Below, piece after piece: positions 30,380 through 39,466 of a stretch of 64,000 bases of DNA; the stretch's first letter is position 1, and the number at the start of each line of letters is the position of its first letter. This DNA is from a virus: the IMG/VR virus record IMGVR_UViG_3300017767_002783, positions 1,249 through 65,248 of that record; one strand, given 5' to 3'. The notes under the pieces were generated by a model. The model ran no database searches and was not told the origin of the DNA. It was given only the letters and a program-made list of their open reading frames with translations. A program made the position numbers and the translations under genes.

Positions 30380-31832
30380 ACAATTTATACCTAAAGATTG
30401 TAGTTTAGAACCTTGTGTAAATTGGGAAATACATTACAAAACTAATAATCCATTTTTCGAAAATCCTATAACGAAATATGAAGATTTAAGTGATGAATAT
30501 ACAAATTTATTTTTTGTTAATATTCCGCCTTGGAATTTTGTAACTAAATCTATTGATTTTGATTGGTCTAATTACGAAAGAGTAAAAGATTTAGTAAACC
30601 AAAATAAATTAATATTGATATTAGATAGAAGAACTGAGCAAGTTTTACTTACGGTTCGTATTTACCTATTTGATTTATTTGAGAAAAGGGGATTTAACAC
30701 GGATAATATTTATATTTTTGATGGTAATATTAATTTCAAAATAAAAGATAAAGGAAATTGTTCGTTACCACTTGAAAATAATTTAACAATTGATTGGGCA
30801 CCATATAGATATTCAGAATGTTATTTGAAAATGTTTGATGATGTAGTTCCATACGATGAAAATCAAACTAATTATTTAACAAAGTATAGAAAGCCATTTA
30901 AGTATGTGACATTCAATGGTACATTACATCCATACCGAGCTGGATTAATTGCATATTTACTTCAACATAAACTTGATGAATATGGTTTAATATCTTGTGG
31001 TTCTTGTAAAGACCAACCAGACGAACTTGAAGATTTTATATATGAGTTTTTTGGTGTATTAAATTTAACAATATCTCAAGAAGAAGTCAAGGATTTTTTA
31101 TCAAAACTTCCTTTGTTATTAGACAAAGGTGCAACACATTCAAAACACGCTGATATCGATGAGGCACAATTATCACATATAACACATAAAGATTTTATTT
31201 TACCAAAAAATATAAAAAGAGTTTGGGAAAAATATGATTTGAGTGATGAGAAAATAGTTGATGAGATAGATAACATAGATGAAAAACGAATTGTTCAACA
31301 ATGGTTTGCTGGAAAAGATGCTGAATATCGACACGATAGAACAATTCAAAAATTTGGTTATGCACCATATGGTGGTTCAATAGTAGAAAATACTCCAGGA
31401 TATATAAATTATAAAAACTCTTATTTTTCAATTGTTACTGAAAGTCCACCGATAGATTTTATTGAACACGATCCTTATCTTGACGATAATATACATAGTA
31501 CTATTCATAAAAGTACAGACAAAACAATACAATCTTTGATGTTTCATCCGTGTATTTTTTATACAGCACCTTATCATTTAAAATATCTTAGGGGGCTGGG
31601 GTTTAAAACTTTTCCTGAATTGTTTGACGAGAGTTATGATGAAATAGAAGATTATGTAGAAAGGATTAAATTTGTAACATTAGAAGTACATAGAGTAATT
31701 AATATGTCATTTGATGAGTTACATGATATTTATATACAGTTATTACCAACAATTAAACACAATCAATCAGTTATGGAAAAAATTGACAAAGAACAGATAG
31801 TTTTAAATTCGTTACAGGAAATTAAAGTATGA
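30363..31832 (+). CDS. DESYD-family glycosyltransferase-like protein, copy 7
   Basis: SYFSIVTES...TDKTIQ..FHPCIFY...GFKTFPELFDESYD. Confidence 0.7.
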   Translation: MKYPYRQFIPKDCSLEPCVNWEIHYKTNNPFFENPITKYEDLSDEYTNLFFVNIPPWNFVTKSIDFDWSNYERVKDLVNQNKLILILDRRTEQVLLTVRIYLFDLFEKRGFNTDNIYIFDGNINFKIKDKGNCSLPLENNLTIDWAPYRYSECYLKMFDDVVPYDENQTNYLTKYRKPFKYVTFNGTLHPYRAGLIAYLLQHKLDEYGLISCGSCKDQPDELEDFIYEFFGVLNLTISQEEVKDFLSKLPLLLDKGATHSKHADIDEAQLSHITHKDFILPKNIKRVWEKYDLSDEKIVDEIDNIDEKRIVQQWFAGKDAEYRHDRTIQKFGYAPYGGSIVENTPGYINYKNSYFSIVTESPPIDFIEHDPYLDDNIHSTIHKSTDKTIQSLMFHPCIFYTAPYHLKYLRGLGFKTFPELFDESYDEIEDYVERIKFVTLEVHRVINMSFDELHDIYIQLLPTIKHNQSVMEKIDKEQIVLNSLQEIKV

Positions 31833-32950
31833 TTTTACATAAACCTTGGCCAGACGGATGGAACTATGGTGGAGTCGAAGTAATTAATAATTATTTTGAA
31901 AGACATTATGATAAGAAATTTGTAATCATACAATTTCCTTGGCCGTGTTATGACCAAGAGGAATATTGGAAATGTAGTTTTAAAGATAATTCTAATCATT
32001 CATCTTGGGTTAGTGCAAAACAGGCCTTATTAGAAGTTGAATTTGATTATCTTGTAATATATGAACCTGTGGAGTGGATGTTTCATAAAGATACCATTAA
32101 AGATTATTACAATTTTTTTAAGTGGTGTAACATACCAATGGAAAAAATAATATATCAAGGGCCAAATCATGGAATGTATAAATACTATGACCACATCAAT
32201 CTTGATAAGAAAATGAGATTTAATAGTGTTTCCTTTAACCATTGTTTAATATCATCTTTGGATACTCATAAGAATACACTTAACGATTATACAGAAGAAG
32301 TAAAATTTGACGGAAGTAAATTATTTATCTGTCCTATGAGTAGTAAAGGAGATCATCGTGAATTATTATATTATAAATTAAAAGAAAATAATTTGTTAAA
32401 GGATGGTCATGTTTCTGCAAGATGGAAAGAAGTTTATCTTGATGATTTGGGATTGGGCCCACACCGTGGTATCCATCAACAAGAAACATCACATTTAAGT
32501 TCAGTTCATTCCATACTTCCTTATTATAAAGATGCATTTTGTAGTGTAGTTACAGAATCAGAATATCATAAATTTAATATAAGATTTACAGAAAAATTTT
32601 ATTTTCCAATAATGTACAATCAACCATTTATGGTTTTGGGTTCACCAAGTCTATTAAAGTGGATTAAAAAATATGGATTTGAAACTTTTCCTGAATTGTT
32701 TGATGAGAGTTATGATGAAGAAAATGATTTGAAAAAACGGACAGAAATTATTATAGATAATTTAAAAAAACTACAAGACAAGTCAAATCAAGAATTACAA
32801 GATTTATTAGAAATGGTTAAACCTAAGATTATTCACAATAAAAAAATATTAAAAAAATACGCAAATTGTAATATAAATCAACATTCCTATACTGAATTAC
32901 TCAATGTTATGAAGTTGGCAATGGATGAACAAATTAGGAATGTGTTATGA
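31829..32950 (+). CDS. DESYD-family glycosyltransferase-like protein, copy 8
   Basis: AFCSVVTES...TEKFYFP..NQPFMVLG...GFETFPELFDESYD. Confidence 0.7.
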   Translation: MILHKPWPDGWNYGGVEVINNYFERHYDKKFVIIQFPWPCYDQEEYWKCSFKDNSNHSSWVSAKQALLEVEFDYLVIYEPVEWMFHKDTIKDYYNFFKWCNIPMEKIIYQGPNHGMYKYYDHINLDKKMRFNSVSFNHCLISSLDTHKNTLNDYTEEVKFDGSKLFICPMSSKGDHRELLYYKLKENNLLKDGHVSARWKEVYLDDLGLGPHRGIHQQETSHLSSVHSILPYYKDAFCSVVTESEYHKFNIRFTEKFYFPIMYNQPFMVLGSPSLLKWIKKYGFETFPELFDESYDEENDLKKRTEIIIDNLKKLQDKSNQELQDLLEMVKPKIIHNKKILKKYANCNINQHSYTELLNVMKLAMDEQIRNVL

Positions 32951-33756
32951 AATATTTATATACAAATGGTTGTAGCTTTGTTTGGGGAGATGAATTACAA
33001 AATCCAAATGATAGTAATTGGCAATTTACCCATCGATGGAGTAAAGTACTTTCAGATAAAATGGGAGTTGAAGAAATAAACCATTCACAAAATGGAAGTT
33101 CTAATAATAGAATTTATAGGACAACAAAAGATTGGATTTTTAATAATAAAGATAAGTTGAAAGATACTTTTATAGTTTTAGGTTGGTCACAATCGGTAAG
33201 AACAGAAAGGTATAATGATATTGCTAATATGTATGAATCAATAAATTTTGCTGTTCAACCAGAATATATGTCTGCTTCCAATAATAATGGAATGGATGCT
33301 AGTGGAGATCCCGCAGGTAATAAAGACCACGGCCCATTTTTAGGTATGTCACCATCACAAAACTTTTGGGAACAATATGTAAAGTATTATTTTGATGATA
33401 ATTATTTTAACGAAGAAACTGCCCTACGAGTATTTGCAATGCAACAATTATTAGAAAAATATAATATAAAATACTACTTTTATTTTTCTATGGAGAATAA
33501 TGTATTACATCACATACAAGGTAATTATGAAAATTTGTATAACCTTGATAAAATTTACCATCAATGTCAAGAAGATTGGATAATGGATGAGGTGAAAAAG
33601 AAAACAGGTGGTATTCTTGAGTGGGATAATAAAGTAAATACATTTAAAAATACTAAGGGTGGATGGAGTGGATTTAATGGTTCACATCCTGATGAAAAAT
33701 CACATTCATTATGGGCAGATTTTTTATATAAAGAATTTAGAAGGTTATACAAATGA
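32947..33756 (+). CDS. SGNH/GDSL-like protein, copy 8
   Basis: TNGCSFVWG, GSSNNRIYR, LGWS, GSHPD. Confidence 0.65.
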   Translation: MKYLYTNGCSFVWGDELQNPNDSNWQFTHRWSKVLSDKMGVEEINHSQNGSSNNRIYRTTKDWIFNNKDKLKDTFIVLGWSQSVRTERYNDIANMYESINFAVQPEYMSASNNNGMDASGDPAGNKDHGPFLGMSPSQNFWEQYVKYYFDDNYFNEETALRVFAMQQLLEKYNIKYYFYFSMENNVLHHIQGNYENLYNLDKIYHQCQEDWIMDEVKKKTGGILEWDNKVNTFKNTKGGWSGFNGSHPDEKSHSLWADFLYKEFRRLYK

Positions 33757-36677
33757 CGGATGTACTATTTATAAATCCTGCGAGTTCAAAAGAGGTATAT
33801 CAAAATCTTTCAAATGAATATTCTGCCATAGGAACACCATATTGGGCCTTATTATTAGCAGAATCTTGTCGTTCTAAAAAACACAAAGTAAAGATAATTG
33901 ATGTATTGGCAGAAAAACTTGATGATGATACATTCATTAAACGTGTTTTTGATATAAATCCAAAATTAATAGTCTTTTGTGTATATGGAGAAAATGTAAA
34001 TGGTGGAACTGCACAAATGGAAGGTGCACTTCGATTGTCTAAGTTATTAAAAGCAAAAGAATGGATACATCCGAGAGCTCCGATATCCTTTTTGGGTTCT
34101 CATGTACAGGCATTGCCTACTAAAGTTTTGAGAGAAGAATTGAGTGTTGATATTGTTTTTACAAACGAAGGTGTTTATTCTTTGTGGGAAATTTTAAAAC
34201 TAGATCGTGAAGAAATTTGGATTACGGATTATTTACAAAAAGTAAAAGGTATTGGTTATAGGATAGATGAATCACATAAAAAAACACAAATATTAACAGA
34301 ACCACAACAAGTTGTACCACAAGAAAGAATGGATATAGATTTACCTGGATATGCTTGGGATTTATTACCATATAAAGAAAAACCTTTTGATTTGTATCGT
34401 TCACCAATGTGGCATGCAGAATACGATGAGAAAAAAAGAACACCTTATGCTTCTATATACACATCGTTAGGTTGTGTATTTCAATGTGAATTTTGTATGA
34501 TTAATATGATTAATAGGGATGATAATGAAGAAATAGGTGTTGCCGGTAACTATAATAAAATGAGGTTTTGGTCAACTGAGTTTATATTAAAACAATTTGA
34601 TAAGTTGGTAGGGATGGGAGTAAAAACTATTAGAATTATTGATGAGATGTTTTTACTTAATCCAAAATATTATGTACCTTTATGTGAGGGATTGATAGAA
34701 AGAGGATATGGTTCTGAATTAATAATGTGGGCATATTCAAGAGTAGATACTATTAAAAAACCAAAAGTTTTAAAATTATTAAGAGATGCAGGAATAAGAT
34801 GGTTGGCACTTGGTATTGAAAGTTCACAGAAAAGTATAAGGTTAGAAGTTTCTAAAGGTAAATTTGAAGATGTAGACATTAAGGATGTGGTTAAAAAAGT
34901 AGAAGATGCCAATATTCATGTTATGGCAAATTATATCTTTGGTTTACCAACCGATACCTTAGATACTATGAAAGAAACCTTAGAGTTTAGTAAAGAATTA
35001 AATACCGTTGGGTGGAATGCCTACCCTGCAATATCATTGCCTGGTACTCAATGGTACAAAGATAGTTCAGATTACTTTTTAAATAAAAAATATAGTTCGT
35101 ATTCGTTTCACTCATACGATACAAAACCAACAACTTCAAAACAATTATCATCTGATGAAATATTAAAATTTAGAGATTCTGCGTGGAAAGAGTATCATAC
35201 TGATGAATTATTTTTAGATAAAATAGAGAATAAACTCGGTAAGGTTGCACGAAATAATATTGAAGAAATGAGTAAAGTTACTCTTGATAGAAAAGATAAC
35301 AAAGTACCAACTCGATTTGATGTTATAGAAATTATATGTGAAACTGGTGGATTTTGGAATAGTACAGACGACAGATTTCCATCACCAATTTTTAATCATT
35401 ATGAATATGGTGGAGCATATCCTAAAATCAATGATTATATAGGTGATGATTCTGCTGCTATAAAAGATGCAAGTTATAATAATGAGGGGGAACATTATGA
35501 TTCACCCATGATAACCAATCAAACTAATTTTAATGATTCTCAGTTTGATCAGAAAACACATAGTTATAAAAATTCAAATATAAAATATCCTTTGATATTA
35601 AATCATCATGGTGAAATATTAGAGAGGTGGATGGTAAATAAAATATTAAACGATTTAGAAAAAGTTGGGGTTGAATCAGGCAAAGTAAAAATTTTAGATA
35701 GTAATACTGCAAAAAATCTTCATCCTAATGTTGTTGGGGTAGATTCGGAATTTTATCAAATTGAATTTCTTGTTAGAAAAAAATATTTATTTGGTAACAA
35801 GATACCTTATACAGATGAGTATTTTAAATTTTTAGAAAATCATAGAAAACCAAAAACATATATTGCACTCTGTTCTACTTTGCACATACATAGAAAGTTT
35901 TCTTTAAATGAAATATTTAGAAGAAATATTTTAGATAAGGGGTATGTTTCAGCATACTTTGGAAATCAAGATGAAATTGATTATCATAATTCTTTGAAAA
36001 GTGCAGAAGAAATGAATAAAGCATATAATTCAACTGATACTGCAGTAGAAAATAATTGGTATCCAAATTCCTTTGAATATGAGGAATGGAAAAAACTTCC
36101 ATTAGTTTTAGATATGGTACAGCATATAAATCCAAGTGGAAAATTTACAGAAATGACCGATTCAACTGCCAGATTTGTAAATTTAGATGAATTTGATGAA
36201 ACAGAAATAAGGGCGTCTCTTGATAATAAATGGCCAATATTAGAGGATAAAAAGGCGATTCCACATAAGTATTTTGAGAATAGTTATTTTTCATTCGTAA
36301 TGGATTCAGTACTTGGTAGTGGTTTTGATAGTCCAAATGAATTTAAATTTATAACAGAAAAAGTTTATAGAACTATGCTATTACACCCTATGATTTTATT
36401 GGGATGTGCATATACATTAAAACATTTACGGAGTAGAGGATTTGAAACTTTTCCAGAAATGTTTGATGAAAGTTATGATGAAATTGAAAACGATAAGGAA
36501 AGATTTTTCTTTATAATGAACGAAGTAGAAAGAGTGTGTAATTTACCTAAAGAAGAATTACACGAAAAATATGTTTCTGTTTTACCTAAAATAAAACATA
36601 ATCAAGAAATTTTTTATAATTCAAAAGAACTTATTCATAAAGAGATGGATGAGTTAGAAAAGGAGTTAGTATCATGA
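33753..36677 (+). CDS. B12-binding radical SAM protein fused to a C-terminal DESYD-family domain (copy 9)
   Basis: N-terminal cobalamin-binding-like domain, CxxxCxxC (CVFQCEFC, 34473-34496), LGIES, NYIFGLP; C-terminus TEKVYR..LHPMILLG..GFETFPEMFDESYD. Confidence 0.8.
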   Translation: MTDVLFINPASSKEVYQNLSNEYSAIGTPYWALLLAESCRSKKHKVKIIDVLAEKLDDDTFIKRVFDINPKLIVFCVYGENVNGGTAQMEGALRLSKLLKAKEWIHPRAPISFLGSHVQALPTKVLREELSVDIVFTNEGVYSLWEILKLDREEIWITDYLQKVKGIGYRIDESHKKTQILTEPQQVVPQERMDIDLPGYAWDLLPYKEKPFDLYRSPMWHAEYDEKKRTPYASIYTSLGCVFQCEFCMINMINRDDNEEIGVAGNYNKMRFWSTEFILKQFDKLVGMGVKTIRIIDEMFLLNPKYYVPLCEGLIERGYGSELIMWAYSRVDTIKKPKVLKLLRDAGIRWLALGIESSQKSIRLEVSKGKFEDVDIKDVVKKVEDANIHVMANYIFGLPTDTLDTMKETLEFSKELNTVGWNAYPAISLPGTQWYKDSSDYFLNKKYSSYSFHSYDTKPTTSKQLSSDEILKFRDSAWKEYHTDELFLDKIENKLGKVARNNIEEMSKVTLDRKDNKVPTRFDVIEIICETGGFWNSTDDRFPSPIFNHYEYGGAYPKINDYIGDDSAAIKDASYNNEGEHYDSPMITNQTNFNDSQFDQKTHSYKNSNIKYPLILNHHGEILERWMVNKILNDLEKVGVESGKVKILDSNTAKNLHPNVVGVDSEFYQIEFLVRKKYLFGNKIPYTDEYFKFLENHRKPKTYIALCSTLHIHRKFSLNEIFRRNILDKGYVSAYFGNQDEIDYHNSLKSAEEMNKAYNSTDTAVENNWYPNSFEYEEWKKLPLVLDMVQHINPSGKFTEMTDSTARFVNLDEFDETEIRASLDNKWPILEDKKAIPHKYFENSYFSFVMDSVLGSGFDSPNEFKFITEKVYRTMLLHPMILLGCAYTLKHLRSRGFETFPEMFDESYDEIENDKERFFFIMNEVERVCNLPKEELHEKYVSVLPKIKHNQEIFYNSKELIHKEMDELEKELVS

Positions 36678-37954
36678 ATGTAGGATTTATAGGATTGGGT
36701 AAACTTGGTTTACCTTGTGCTTTGGCAGTAGAATCGAGAGGTCATAAAGTAGTAGGTTATGATCCTTCAGAACAAGTTAAAGAAATTGTCGATACAAAGA
36801 AACTTCAATATCAGGAAATATGGGCTCAAGACCATTTAGATAAAAGTAAGATAGAAATAAAATCGATAAGAGAAGTTGTACAGGAATCTGATATTATTTT
36901 CGTTCCGATTCAGACACCACACGGAGATGAATTTGAAGGAATTACACGGATACCAAAGCATAGAAAAGATTTTGATTACACTTATTTAAAACAAGGTATT
37001 AAAGATTTAGAAATAGAAATATGGGATGAACAGCGACCAAAAGTGGTTATTATTATTTCTACGGTTTTACCTGGTACAATCCGTAAAGAAATTAAACCAA
37101 TTATAGACCACAATCCATATTTTAAATTGTGTTACAATCCATTCTTTATTGCTATGGGAACAACAATGAGAGATTTTTTACATCCTGAATTTATTTTATT
37201 TGGTCAAGATGATGATTGGGCATTAAAAACTGCAAGAAAGTTTTACAAAACAATAACACATGCTCCTGTGTTTGAAACTACAATTGAAAATGCCGAATTG
37301 ATTAAGGTTTCTTACAATACTTTTATATCTACAAAATTATCTTTTGCAAATACCGTAATGGAAATGTGTCATAAACTACCTAATACCAATTGTGATGATG
37401 TGATGAATGCGTTATCACTTGGTACTAAAAGAATATTAGCCGAATCCTATTGGTCAGGTGGTATGGGAGATGGTGGTGGATGTCACCCAAGAGATAACAT
37501 AGCACTTAGTTGGTTATCACAAGAGTTAGATTTATCTCATGATTGGTTTGATAATATAATGAAACAACGAGAAAATCAAACTGATTGGTTAGCCGATTTG
37601 ATAGAAAAACATGCTGAAGATAGAGGAATAAATATACTCGGAAAATCTTTCAAACCTGAAACCAACATTGCAACAGGCAGTCCATCCATCTTATTACAGA
37701 ATATATTAGAAGAAAGAGGACATGGAGTATTTATATGGGATCCGTATGTTGATGAGCCTTGGGAAAAAATAAAGGAAATGTACGATGATAGTGAAACTGA
37801 GAATCATTCTCAATTATATTTTATCGGAACTAAACATCCTGAATTTACAAGTTTTCCGTTTGAAAAAGGTTCAGTAATAATTGATCCTTGGAGATACATT
37901 CCTACATCAGAGGACTATAAAGTTATTCACATCGGTATAGGCGAATCCATCTAA
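36674..37954 (+). CDS. ugd: UDP-glucose/GDP-mannose 6-dehydrogenase family
   Basis: GFIGLGKLG, FVPIQTP, STVLPGT, YNPFF, AELIKVSYN, GGGCHPRD, GKSFKPET. Confidence 0.88.
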   Translation: MNVGFIGLGKLGLPCALAVESRGHKVVGYDPSEQVKEIVDTKKLQYQEIWAQDHLDKSKIEIKSIREVVQESDIIFVPIQTPHGDEFEGITRIPKHRKDFDYTYLKQGIKDLEIEIWDEQRPKVVIIISTVLPGTIRKEIKPIIDHNPYFKLCYNPFFIAMGTTMRDFLHPEFILFGQDDDWALKTARKFYKTITHAPVFETTIENAELIKVSYNTFISTKLSFANTVMEMCHKLPNTNCDDVMNALSLGTKRILAESYWSGGMGDGGGCHPRDNIALSWLSQELDLSHDWFDNIMKQRENQTDWLADLIEKHAEDRGINILGKSFKPETNIATGSPSILLQNILEERGHGVFIWDPYVDEPWEKIKEMYDDSETENHSQLYFIGTKHPEFTSFPFEKGSVIIDPWRYIPTSEDYKVIHIGIGESI

Positions 37955-37979
37955 TAACTTCTAAAATTTTCCTTTTCTT

Positions 37980-37988
37980 ATATTTATT
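37980..37988 (+). promoter_or_regulatory. ATATTTATT candidate promoter motif
   Basis: Intergenic, at the boundary between the glycan island and the leader-motif genes. Confidence 0.4.
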
Positions 37989-38020
37989 AGTGAATCATTA
38001 CACCTAAACGGAGTTTGCTT

Positions 38021-38809
38021 ATGATAAAATTGGTAGATTTACTAAACGAAGGAGTTCGAGATCCAGGTATCTTTAAAGGTATATTCTTGGCTGGAGGACC
38101 TGGTAGTGGTAAATCCTATGTTGCAAAGGGTTTATTCGGTATTCCTGAAAAAATAAATGTTTCCAAGTATGGATTAAAAATGGTTAATCAAGACCAAGAA
38201 TTAGAAATGCTTTTAAAGAAATTTTATGGGCAAGATTCATCCGTAGATTACCTTAACATTCAAAAGTTTCCTGACGAATTATTTAAACAACTTACAGATC
38301 CAGATTATGCAGGATATAGTGGTTTACGAGGTTATGCTAAATCACTAAATAAACAGAGAATGGCACAATACTTGGAAGGTCGTTTGGGCGTTATTATCGA
38401 TGGAACTGGTCATAAATTTAAATCCGTACAAAAGAAAAGAAAAAGATTGATAGATTTAGGTTATGATACTTATATGGTTTTCGTAACAACCTCATTAGAA
38501 GTTGCACAGCAAAGAAACGAAACAAGACCACGAGTATTACCAGCAGATGTGGTAGAGGATAGTTGGAAAGATGTTCAGAAAAATATGGCATTCTTTCAAG
38601 GGTTGTTCGGTGGTAGTAATTTTTTAATTGTGGATAACAATAAACACTTAGAACCAAAACAGGCAGAAAAGAAATTTAAGATGTTAGTTGGTCAAGGAAT
38701 TGATAAGTTTATGAAAAAACCAGTTAAAAATAAAATAGCAAAAAAATGGATGAAACAACAAAGTTTAGTACCAAAAAAAGATTTAAAGCAAATGTTAAAA
38801 AGGAGTTAA
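38021..38809 (+). CDS. P-loop kinase (zeta-toxin/AAA_33/PNK-like) with MIKLVDLLNE leader
   Basis: Walker A LAGGPGSGKS, VIIDGTG, lid RNETRPR; GGAG precedes ATG 38021. Confidence 0.8.
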   Translation: MIKLVDLLNEGVRDPGIFKGIFLAGGPGSGKSYVAKGLFGIPEKINVSKYGLKMVNQDQELEMLLKKFYGQDSSVDYLNIQKFPDELFKQLTDPDYAGYSGLRGYAKSLNKQRMAQYLEGRLGVIIDGTGHKFKSVQKKRKRLIDLGYDTYMVFVTTSLEVAQQRNETRPRVLPADVVEDSWKDVQKNMAFFQGLFGGSNFLIVDNNKHLEPKQAEKKFKMLVGQGIDKFMKKPVKNKIAKKWMKQQSLVPKKDLKQMLKRS

Positions 38810-38810
38810 A

Positions 38811-39113
38811 ATGGCGTTTATAATAGTAGAACCTTGTGTGGGTACTTGCGATACAGCTTGTGTAGAAGTTTGTCCTGTTGATTGTATTCACGGACCTGAT
38901 GACAGAGAAGGTAGAGGAGATGAGGCAAAGGCAGATGGATTTAATCCTGACGGAAAACAACTTTACATCGATCCAGAAGAATGTATCGATTGTGGGGCTT
39001 GTGAGCCTGAATGTCCAGTTGAGGCGATTTTTGAAGAAGATGATGTTCCTGAAGAATGGGAAAAGTATACAAAATTAAATTATGAATTTTTTGGTAGAGA
39101 GTTCAATGATTAA
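38811..39113 (+). CDS. Dicluster (7Fe/8Fe, FdxA-like) ferredoxin
   Basis: CVGTCDTACVEVCPVDC and CIDCGACEPECP; AGGAG SD at 38801-38805. Confidence 0.92.
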   Translation: MAFIIVEPCVGTCDTACVEVCPVDCIHGPDDREGRGDEAKADGFNPDGKQLYIDPEECIDCGACEPECPVEAIFEEDDVPEEWEKYTKLNYEFFGREFND

Positions 39114-39465
39114 ACTTGTGGATATACTTAATGAGTATTCACATAACAACGGTTCAACGGGCGGTTCGGATGCGGGAGAACCCGAAACAGGTTGGACGAA
39201 TCCACGAAGAAAACGAAAGTTGGGAGTGGATAGTAGTAAACCCGAGCCTTGGTTTGAGAAGGGTAGATATACTCAACTTCATTTTCCAAAGGCGGATAAT
39301 CCATATGATGCAGCAAAAGGTAGAGGTGATGATAAGAGTATTCAGAGAGTTCAAGTGATAAAGAGAGTTATTAATACTGGACTTAAATATGAAGATTTTT
39401 ATGACACTATAGCAAGTTGGGATAAATATGGTGGTCAAGATTATTCAACGGATTTTGAGAAATAG
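39106..39465 (+). CDS. Hypothetical protein with MIKLVDILNE leader
   Basis: Start moved to ATG 39106, overlapping the ferredoxin stop. Confidence 0.6.
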   Translation: MIKLVDILNEYSHNNGSTGGSDAGEPETGWTNPRRKRKLGVDSSKPEPWFEKGRYTQLHFPKADNPYDAAKGRGDDKSIQRVQVIKRVINTGLKYEDFYDTIASWDKYGGQDYSTDFEK

Positions 39466-39466
39466 T

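Noticed and set aside
1-37954. Host O-antigen/EPS locus flanking a prophage
   Set aside because: No flippase, polymerase, integrase or att site; same strand, coupling style and upstream motif as the phage genes. A chimera cannot be excluded without reads.
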